Shown piece after piece: positions 36,201-44,418 of a DNA stretch of 64,000 nt. Below the pieces are notes generated by a model, which was not told the DNA's origin, did no database searches, and saw nothing but the letters and a program-made list of their open reading frames with translations. Numbering within the stretch: position 1 is the stretch's first letter; the number at the start of each line of letters is the position of its first letter. This DNA comes from Polyangiales bacterium (GTDB lineage: Bacteria; Myxococcota_A; Polyangia; Polyangiales; Polyangiaceae). Made by a program: the position numbers and the translations under genes. The stretch spans positions 384,001 to 448,000 of the forward strand of contig JBBRLQ010000003.1 of assembly GCA_038231275.1 (NCBI GenBank), written 5' to 3'.

Positions 36201-38072
36201 ATGAACAAACCGCATCGCCTTCGGGTCATCGCGTGCCTCGTTCCGCTCGCCGTGCTGGCGCGCGCTTCCGCGGGGTGCGGGACCGCAAAGTCGTCGTCTG
36301 GCTCGACGCCCGACGGCGGCGGCACGCCGGACTTTCAGGACGGCGGCGGATCGTTCGGCGATGGAGGATCGAGCGGACACCCGAACCCGCAGGTGCCGAT
36401 CACGATCGACGATTGTCCAGGCACACTCCCCGCGGCGACGGTGACCGCGCTCCAGGCGGGCGGTCCGGTCGATGCGGCGATGAAGTGGCTCTACCCCTAC
36501 GACGGCACCGTCTTCCCCGGCGGCCTCGCGGGGCCGGTGCTGCAGTGGGCGCCTCAAGCGGCGGGCACCGACGGCATCTACGTGCACATGCACTCGCAGC
36601 TCTTCGACTACAAAGGGTGCTTCGGTCCCGCCAATCCGGCGCGATGGACCGTCTCGATGAGCGTGTGGTCGAAGGCGTGGCTGCAGAGCAAAGGCTCCGC
36701 CGATCCGCTGCGCGTCGAGCTGACGACGATCGCCGGCGGTAAGGTGAGCGGGCCCATCACCGAGTCGTGGACGTTCGCGCTCGGGAGCCTCAAAGGCTCG
36801 ATTTACTACAACACGTACACCTCGCCGCAGGTCAAAAACAACGGCGCGGTCATGCGCATCCAGCCGGGCGCGACGGCGCCGACGGCGCTCCTCTCGATCG
36901 CGGGGACGTCGCCGGTCGGGCCGTGCATCTCGTGCCATTCGCTCTCGGCCGACGGCGCGACGATGGTGGCCCAGCGCCATCAGTACCCGCCGGGGCTCGT
37001 GCAGAGCGAGTCGTACGATCTGAAAGCGCAGCCCATGCCGAACCCCGCCGCGCCGCTCGCGACGAAGAAGACCGACGACTGGGGCTTCAGTGCGCTCTAC
37101 CCCGACGGCTCCCGCCTCCTCACCAACGGCGCGCCTGGTCAGACCGGCGGCATCTTCCCGGCGGGACCAGGCAGCAACCCCGGGATGGAAGGTCCGCTCG
37201 CGAGCACGATGTACGATCCAAGGACGGGAAACACGATCGCCTTCACCGGCCTCAGCGTGAAGTACGCCAAGATGCCAGCGTTCTCGCCCGACGGGACGAA
37301 GCTCGTCTTCAACGATCACGACACGGGCGGAGGCCACTCGCTCACCGTCCAGGATTTCGATCCGAAGACGAACACCTTCGCGAACGCGCGCACCATCTTC
37401 AAGGATTCGAATCTCTATCCTGGGTGGCCGTTCTTCACGCCCGACTCCACCTCCGTCATCTTCGTCGTCGGCGACTCGCCGAACTACGCGAGCGTCTACG
37501 ATCCGACGCAGCCGACTGTCACCAAAGGTGATCTGCGCGTCGTCGACGTCGCTGGCGGCACTTCGATCGCGCTCGACTCTGCAAACGGCCTCAAGGGAGG
37601 CGCGAGCACGTTGCCGTACCCCGGGCGCGACGAGCACCTCGATTTCTATCCCACGGTGAGCCCCGTCGCGGCGGGCGGCTACTACTGGGTATTTTTCACG
37701 AGCCGCCGCAACTACGGCAACACGCTCGTCGGCGCCGTGGAGGACACGCGCTCGAAGAAGATCTGGGTGAGCGCCGTCTCGATCGGCGCGCCGCCTGGCC
37801 AGGACCCGAGTCACCCCGCGTTCTACTTGCCGGGACAAGAGGACGGCAGCGGGAACATCCGCGCGTTCGCGACGCTCGATCCGTGCAAGGCGGCGGGGAG
37901 CGACTGCCAGAGCGGCATCGACTGCTGCGGCGGCGCGTGCGTGAGCGGAAAATGCGGCGCGCCGTCGGGCTGCGCGAAGACGGACGAGAAGTGTACGAAG
38001 ACCGCCGACTGCTGCACGACCGAGGGGGCCCTCCAGTGCATCAACGGCTTCTGCGCGCAGATCATCCGCTGA
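36201..38072 (+). CDS. TolB/WD40-like beta-propeller lipoprotein with Cys-rich C-terminus
   Basis: PAFSPDGTKLVF, PFFTPDS, WVFFTSRR; CISCH; CC-containing repeats at the end. Confidence 0.8.
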   Translation: MNKPHRLRVIACLVPLAVLARASAGCGTAKSSSGSTPDGGGTPDFQDGGGSFGDGGSSGHPNPQVPITIDDCPGTLPAATVTALQAGGPVDAAMKWLYPYDGTVFPGGLAGPVLQWAPQAAGTDGIYVHMHSQLFDYKGCFGPANPARWTVSMSVWSKAWLQSKGSADPLRVELTTIAGGKVSGPITESWTFALGSLKGSIYYNTYTSPQVKNNGAVMRIQPGATAPTALLSIAGTSPVGPCISCHSLSADGATMVAQRHQYPPGLVQSESYDLKAQPMPNPAAPLATKKTDDWGFSALYPDGSRLLTNGAPGQTGGIFPAGPGSNPGMEGPLASTMYDPRTGNTIAFTGLSVKYAKMPAFSPDGTKLVFNDHDTGGGHSLTVQDFDPKTNTFANARTIFKDSNLYPGWPFFTPDSTSVIFVVGDSPNYASVYDPTQPTVTKGDLRVVDVAGGTSIALDSANGLKGGASTLPYPGRDEHLDFYPTVSPVAAGGYYWVFFTSRRNYGNTLVGAVEDTRSKKIWVSAVSIGAPPGQDPSHPAFYLPGQEDGSGNIRAFATLDPCKAAGSDCQSGIDCCGGACVSGKCGAPSGCAKTDEKCTKTADCCTTEGALQCINGFCAQIIR

Positions 38073-38103
38073 TCTCGCATCACGCGCGGCCGAGCGTGCG
38101 GCG

Positions 38104-39426
38104 CTAAGGGCAGGCGGCCGAGAACGTCGCGGGCGTGGCCCAGCCGATCGACGACGCCGCCGGGTAATACGCGCTGAACGAGTAACACATCTCGTTTTCG
38201 GAATTTTGGCCGAACGAGACGCCGGACGCGGTCGTGTTGTTCCACACGCACTCGGTCTTCACGACGTCGCCTTTGTGGAGGAGCGCGTCGAACGTCAGCC
38301 ACGGCTGGTTCTTGAAGTCCCACGTCGCGTCGGTGCCCATGTCCACCTGCGCGCCTCCGCCCGACGGCAGCTGTTTGGTCGAGATGGATTTCCCGAGCTG
38401 GTGCATGTGCGGGAACGAGGCGAAGACGCGTCGCCCGTCGAACGCGTCGGGCACCGTGTAGCAGGCTTTGAGATCGGTCGTGGCGTGCGGCGGGAGCGAG
38501 ATCGCCTGCGTGCCGAACGCGACGACGTCGGCGTCGTACTTGCGCAAGGTCGGCGTGGTGCAGAGATCGAAGCCGGTCGCGTCGCTCGCGTTCGGCGAGC
38601 CCGCAGCGTTGTTGTAGTGGATCTGCACTTGGTAGTGCGTCGACGCGTCTTGCCGGAACCCTGCTTCGGGAGGCAGAACGAGCGGCAAACCGCCCGGCGA
38701 CCATGCGTAGATCATCTGCGCCGCGAGCGACGGGCCCGGGTTGCACGTCACCGGCGTCGACGACGTCGTCCCCGGCGATCGCAAGAGGAGGATGTGGTGC
38801 ACGATCTTCGGGTTGTCGACGTGCACGCGAATGCCCGTGACGTGGCGCGTGCCGGCGGGGACGTCGAAGCCGTAGCAGGCGTACTCCTCGGGGGAGCCCA
38901 TCTTGTACGCCGTCGCGGGGGCGATGCGCAGATCGGGGATGCACGCGGTCGGGGTCGTGCCTCCGTCGTCCGTCGGGGTCGTGCCTCCGTCGGGGGTCGC
39001 CGTGCATGTCGCGCCCGCTGCGCCTGCAGGGCCTCCGCCCTGAACCCACGCGTCGAGCGTGGCGGCGTCCGTCGCGTCGAGGCGCGCGTTGGGCGGCGGC
39101 GGCATCGGCTGCGCGTCGTCGTGGATGCGCGCGTGGAGGCGCTGGAAGACGGGCACGCTCGATGCGCTCTTCGACGGCGCGTGGAGATCGTCGTAGGTCA
39201 CGAGCGGCATCGGCGCGCCGAAGAGAGGCGTGGCGGCGTGGCACGATCGGCACCGCGCCGCGAAGACGGCGTCGACGTCACAAGGGAGCGCGTGGACAAC
39301 GCCGCCGCCGTCGACGGCGTGGTTCCCCGAGGAGCCACCCGGCTGCGCGCCGACCGGCGACGTTCCGCAGCCAACGTGCGCAGCGATCACGACGAGGCTC
39401 GCGAACCCGATCAACGCGCAACGCAG
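38104..39426 (-). CDS. Cytochrome c - copper type II monooxygenase fusion lipoprotein (start uncertain, 39414-39426)
   Basis: HVGC lipobox; CRSCH...MPP; VHHILL..IHY; FPHMH..EMC. Confidence 0.82.
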   Translation of the reverse strand: MRCALIGFASLVVIAAHVGCGTSPVGAQPGGSSGNHAVDGGGVVHALPCDVDAVFAARCRSCHAATPLFGAPMPLVTYDDLHAPSKSASSVPVFQRLHARIHDDAQPMPPPPNARLDATDAATLDAWVQGGGPAGAAGATCTATPDGGTTPTDDGGTTPTACIPDLRIAPATAYKMGSPEEYACYGFDVPAGTRHVTGIRVHVDNPKIVHHILLLRSPGTTSSTPVTCNPGPSLAAQMIYAWSPGGLPLVLPPEAGFRQDASTHYQVQIHYNNAAGSPNASDATGFDLCTTPTLRKYDADVVAFGTQAISLPPHATTDLKACYTVPDAFDGRRVFASFPHMHQLGKSISTKQLPSGGGAQVDMGTDATWDFKNQPWLTFDALLHKGDVVKTECVWNNTTASGVSFGQNSENEMCYSFSAYYPAASSIGWATPATFSAACP

Positions 39427-39530
39427 GTCGTCCTCGCGGCTAATGACCTCGCCATCATGAACCAAGCGGCCGCATGTGGCGAGGCCCTCGGCTCGCGTGG
39501 CGCCAGGAGCGCCGGGATGCCGTCTCGCCA

Positions 39531-40253
39531 TCACTTCGAGAGAGCCGAGGCGGCCACGTAGACGAGCCCGACCACTGGCGGCACGCCGACCACGCAGCCG
39601 AGCACGCACGCCACGAGGAAGCCGTAGAGCGACACGACCACGGCGCGCCCCGTGTCGATGCCCTGCGATTCGCGCACGACGACGAGCCAGTAGTACGAGC
39701 CGAGCCCGAGAATCGCCACGAACGAGAGGAACGACATCATCAGATCGCCGGTCACGTCGGCGAGCCCGAGGATCTGAATCCAGCCCGCGTACGCGAAGAG
39801 CTGCACGATGCGGCGGAACGGCGTGTGAAGGCACCGGGCGAAGCGAAGCCCGATCCAGGTGAGAAACGCCGTCGCGTAGAGGTTGAACAGGTACGTGATC
39901 GGCGTGATGACGAGCGAGCCGATCGCCGAGACGGAGGTGAGGGTCCGGATCATCTCGGGCGCGTGAGGCACCACTTGCTCGAGCTGCGGATAGATGGGGC
40001 TCAGCGCCTGTTCGAGCTCCGCCGCGCCGAAGAGCTGGTGATGAAGGAAGCTTGCGACCGCGATGATCAGCTCGAACGCGAAGCCGTACGCGAGCGCCGG
40101 CCAAACCGAATCCTCCGTGGGCACGAGCCCATAGAAGCGCGTCGGCTCACGGATCGAGAAGACGAGCGTCTCCCTGAAGGCGCGAACGACGCCGAGCTCG
40201 CGCCGCCGCTCCCATGGAATCGAAGGGGGCTGCCCCGCCCCGGCGAGGCTCAT
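39531..40253 (-). CDS. YIP1-like membrane protein
   Basis: PWERR...P..FY; about 5 TM helices. Confidence 0.7.
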   Translation of the reverse strand: MSLAGAGQPPSIPWERRRELGVVRAFRETLVFSIREPTRFYGLVPTEDSVWPALAYGFAFELIIAVASFLHHQLFGAAELEQALSPIYPQLEQVVPHAPEMIRTLTSVSAIGSLVITPITYLFNLYATAFLTWIGLRFARCLHTPFRRIVQLFAYAGWIQILGLADVTGDLMMSFLSFVAILGLGSYYWLVVVRESQGIDTGRAVVVSLYGFLVACVLGCVVGVPPVVGLVYVAASALSK

Positions 40254-40386
40254 GGTGAAGAGTCTGACACGACGCTTCGTTGAGCGCAGTGTTCGGTTGC
40301 TCGACGAAGAGCTCGGCAGGCGGCAGCGTGGCGAGGGTGTCGATGAAAGAGCGACCGCTCACCCCGTAACGCTCGTGCCGATGGCG

Positions 40387-42150
40387 TCAGTTTTGCCAGT
40401 CGACGTCGATGCTCGCCGTGGTCGCGACGGGGATCGCGTTCGCTCGGTTTCCGAGCGCCTGGCGTTCGTAGCGAACCGCCGCGGCTTCACCCACGATGGT
40501 CTTCCACTCGATCGTCGCCCCCTGCGGGATCTCCGCATGGCCAGTGTAGCGGTATCGGCCGCTCGTATCGGATGTCGTCTTCACGAGGGTGACCGACGGG
40601 TTCGCGATCTTCCACGCGCCGAGCGGATCGGTAGAGAGCGCGCCGATGCCGGCGGGTGCGGTCGTCGCGCCGAGGACGCGGAACCCTTCGGTGGTCGGAT
40701 CGAAATCGGGCGCGCCGACGGCCGTTCTCACGGTGAACGTCACGTCGCACGTGGGCGGCGCGAAGCCTGCTACGTCCACGAGGGCGAACATGGGGCGCGC
40801 GTCGTTGGCGCCGACGTCGATCGTGCTGCGCGTGAAGCTCACAGCGTCCACGTGGCGGAAGAAGACGCCGGCGGCCGGCACTTGGCCCCACAAATTGGGA
40901 TCAGGGTATTGCCCGGCATATTCCGGCGGAACGGCCGGCACGCTCCCGACGCCGCCGCGCGCCGTGACGTGGACGTCCTGGAACGCGACGTTCTTCACGA
41001 GGTAGGTCTGCCCGCCCTGCGACAAGCCGGAGATGACCGAGCCCCAGTCGTGGCGCACGCCGTCGCCCGTCACGTTCTCGAACCGAACGCCGTCGACGCT
41101 GCCGATCTTTCGCGGCGCGTCGGCGGGGCGATCGCCGCGATCGCCGATCAAGACGAAGAACGGCGTGCCCACGTCCTTGAACGTGATGTTGCGGAAGACG
41201 ACGTTCTGGATGTCCGCGCCGTCGACCGACTCGACCGCCATCGCGGCCTTGTCGGCGTGCTGGACGTCGATCGTGTCGAACGTGATGTTCGTGAAGTTGC
41301 CGTAGGTGGCCGTCCCGATCTTGAGCGCGTTCGCGACGCCGGCCGTCATGACGTGGCTGTTCCGAACGGTGACGTTGTCGACGCCGCGCGCGACGCCGCT
41401 CTTCAGGCAAATCGCGTCGTCTTCGGACGAGACCGTGCAGCCTTCGACGAGGACGTCGTGGCAATCGACGATGTCGATCCCGTCGCGCGTGCTGCCGTGC
41501 GTGGAGTCGACGACGAGGTTCCTGATCGTGAGACCGTCGGTCTCCATGTTGACGACGGCCCACATCGCCGCGTTCTTCACGGTGAGGCTGTCGATCGTGA
41601 CCTTCTGCGAGAGGACGACGAAGATCGCCATCGGGCGCTTCGCCTACGGCAGAGTCTTGGACGAGCCATGCCACTTCGCGGCGTCGCCGTGGCCGTCGAT
41701 GATGCCGGTGCCGGTGAGGTGGAGATCGTGGACGCCTTCCGCGTAGAGGAGCGTCTTCTTGCAGTTGTGGAGCTGCGAGTTGTTCGTCGCGGGCGTCGTG
41801 TCGGGGTAGTCGGCGTCGTCGAGGGAGCCCCTGAGCGTGGCGCCGCCGTGGACGTGGAAGATCATGTTGCTCTTCAGGCGCAGCATGCCCGAGAGGAAGG
41901 TGCCCTTCTGGAGGTGCACTTCGCCGCCGACGTCGGCGCACGCGTCGATCGCGGCCTGGAGGGCCGCCGTGTCCTTCGTGACGCCGTCGCCCTTCGCGCC
42001 AAAGGCCCGCGCATCACACGAACGGACGCCGGTCGCGCTCTCGTCGCCGGTATCGCTCGTGCTCGCGTCGGTGGCATGGACGCATGCGACGATGGGCGAC
42101 GCGACCGCCAGGAGAGGCGCGCAGAGAAAGGCGACAGGTCGCATGAACAT
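40387..42150 (-). pseudogene. GH28 polygalacturonase-like lipoprotein with C-terminal CBM20-like domain, interrupted by in-frame TAG at 41644-41646
   Basis: FGAKGDGVTKDTAALQAAID, RDGIDI, EDDAICLKSG; frame reads KTLP-TAG-AKRPMAIF. Confidence 0.8.
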
Positions 42151-42273
42151 CTGACGCCACTTGTACGCCGCCGTCGCGAAAAAACTCCCTGAGAGGCCCT
42201 CCGCGTCGGTCCCAGAGGTTGGGATCAATTCGATCACACCGCGACGGATCGCGAACGGCGTAGAGTCACGGGC

Positions 42274-43119
42274 ATGCCAAACCGATTGCCGATCGTGGCG
42301 GTCTGCCTCGTGCTGGCCTGCGGTCCTGCCCCGCGACCTCCGCCTGTCGCGACGATCTCCGATTACGACGCCGGTTCTTCCGACGCCAGCGCCGACGCCG
42401 ACATGCCTGTGAGCGTGGACGCTGGAGACTCGCACCCGCCGGGGACGTGGTGCGCCGAGCATCGTCACGACCTCTGCGACGACTTCGACGATCCCGCGTT
42501 CACGGCCAAGACCTGGTTGATAAGCGACAGTTTGGGGACGAGCGGCACAGGGATCCCGCCGCGCGGCGCGCTCGAGAGCGCGAGCGTCACGTCTGCACCC
42601 AACGCCTTCGCCTCGATGACTTCGGCGCTCGCCGCGAACGCGTTCGAGACCGTCCAAATCATGGCTTCGTCGACGGTGCCGGCCGGCAAGGACCACGTCG
42701 AGGCCGATTTCGCGTTCGACGTCCGCGTCCAGGTCGGTGCGGGCGCGCAAATCGAGATCGCGCGGGTCAAGGGTGTGAACCCGATCAACTTCCGTGACTA
42801 CGACTTCTCGCTGCTCGTCACGCAAACCGGAGCTTCCATCGTGCTGCAACCGGGGTCTGGTGGCGGCGAGACGCACGCCCTCGCCCGCGCGCCCGCGATC
42901 GGCGTGTGGACCCGCATCACGATCCACCTCGGACTGAACGTGGTCGTCACCGGACCGCCCACGGCGATCTCGATCCAGATCGGCGATGGCGCCGCGGAGT
43001 CGTTCTCGCTCGCGGGAGGCATGGGCGTGCGCCCGTTCCTCTACCTCGGCGCCAAGGTCGCCGGGCCTGCCGACGCCTGCGTGATCGATTACGACGACGT
43101 CACCTACGACGCGCGCTGA
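42274..43119 (+). CDS. Hypothetical beta-rich lipoprotein
   Basis: VLAC lipobox; LCDDFD; IDYDDV end. Confidence 0.72.
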   Translation: MPNRLPIVAVCLVLACGPAPRPPPVATISDYDAGSSDASADADMPVSVDAGDSHPPGTWCAEHRHDLCDDFDDPAFTAKTWLISDSLGTSGTGIPPRGALESASVTSAPNAFASMTSALAANAFETVQIMASSTVPAGKDHVEADFAFDVRVQVGAGAQIEIARVKGVNPINFRDYDFSLLVTQTGASIVLQPGSGGGETHALARAPAIGVWTRITIHLGLNVVVTGPPTAISIQIGDGAAESFSLAGGMGVRPFLYLGAKVAGPADACVIDYDDVTYDAR

Positions 43120-43121
43120 AG

Positions 43122-43667
43122 CTACTGCGCGCTCGGCTTCTCTGCGGCGTCGCGTTGGGCGGCGCTGTTGCCGGTCGCCTTCGCGACGAGCGCGTGTCCT
43201 TCGTCGACCATGAACGTGCGCGTCGAACGATCGATGGCGAGCACGCCGACCACCATGCACATCGCGAGGCCGACGATGTAGGTGACGCGCGAGATCTTCT
43301 TCTTCGGAGCGACACGCCGGAGCGCGTCGAGGAACGCGGGCGAGACCTGGATCATCGCCGTCGGGACTGCCTCGAGCAGCGACGGCAGCTTCGCGCGCAT
43401 GATCGTGGGGGCAGGGATCACGAGCTCGGGCGGTGCTTCGACCACCGGGGCCGCTGCGCTCGCCGGGGCTACGGCCGGCGCAGAGTCGGTCGCGACCGGA
43501 AAAATCCCGGAGCTTGCGGGAGACGCCTGCCCACATCGCATCACGTCGGATACCGGTGCAGGTCGCGACGACGGAGGAGGCTCGTGGACGGCCACGTTCC
43601 TCGCAATCGCGTGGTTTGCGAGCGCAATCATGTGCGCGCGGGACGGGGGAGGCAGCCGAGTGCTCAT
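43122..43667 (-). CDS. Hypothetical Pro-rich single-TM protein
   Basis: SD GAGGAG; SGIF motif; C-terminal TM. Confidence 0.55.
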   Translation of the reverse strand: MSTRLPPPSRAHMIALANHAIARNVAVHEPPPSSRPAPVSDVMRCGQASPASSGIFPVATDSAPAVAPASAAAPVVEAPPELVIPAPTIMRAKLPSLLEAVPTAMIQVSPAFLDALRRVAPKKKISRVTYIVGLAMCMVVGVLAIDRSTRTFMVDEGHALVAKATGNSAAQRDAAEKPSAQ

Positions 43668-43874
43668 CGTTGCTCCTCGAGTAGTGCGGACTCGAGGGCG
43701 AGGCGTGGCAAAAATCTGCCAGCCCGGACGACTCCATCGAAATTAGGGCGGGCAAGGTACGTCGAGGGAGGTGGCTGACCACCGACGGTGTCGCCGCGGT
43801 TCGTCGGTCACCACCGCCGAGGTCGACGCCGCCGGCCGCCTCGCCACGCGGGAGCCCGGGCTCGAGTAGTCGTT

Positions 43875-44375
43875 TCACGCCAGACTTGCGGCGACCTCGC
43901 GCATTCCCTCACGCAGGCGCTCCGGCAACCGCGCCTCTTCGATCTGCGCAGCCTCACACCCGCGACGGTACGCGAGCCGCATCGCGCTCCATTGCTCGGG
44001 CAGGAGGAGCCCACCGAGGACGAAGAGGATCCGGCCCGCCGGCGACGACGCCCCGTTCGCCCACATGAAGGCCTGGAGCTCCATCTCGCCCTGGATGTTC
44101 GTCTCGTAGCCGAGGATCGCGTGGATCGCGTCGTGGTTCTCGTAGCGGACCTTGAACGGTAGGCCCCGCGCGTCGAGGAACGCGGCGACCGATCGTCCGA
44201 GCGTCTCCGGCGGATAGGTGCGAAGAGCCTCGAGCGTCGGCCACGGAGTCGGTCTTCGCACGAGGTTCAGGACCGGGACGTAGTCCCCGATGACGTGGCT
44301 TACGAAGCGCTCGCGGAGGTGCTTGAGGAACATGACGTAGAGCGTAGGCGTCACGGCGCAGCGCTCAAGGTCCAT
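43875..44375 (-). CDS. Coq4-like protein
   Basis: PPETLG...HDAIHAILGYETNIQGE (HDxxH-x-E metal motif). Confidence 0.75.
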   Translation of the reverse strand: MDLERCAVTPTLYVMFLKHLRERFVSHVIGDYVPVLNLVRRPTPWPTLEALRTYPPETLGRSVAAFLDARGLPFKVRYENHDAIHAILGYETNIQGEMELQAFMWANGASSPAGRILFVLGGLLLPEQWSAMRLAYRRGCEAAQIEEARLPERLREGMREVAASLA

Positions 44376-44418
44376 CGCCGCGAACGGTCGCTCCCGCCAT
44401 CCGAGCGGCTCGGGGGTC

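Noticed and set aside
41644-43878. 744-aa ORF, and similar long extensions at 38104-40104, 47246-49837, 50884-52917, 50920-52971 and 52431-53870
   Set aside because: The extensions overlap genuine genes in other frames and are high-GC stop-poor artefacts.
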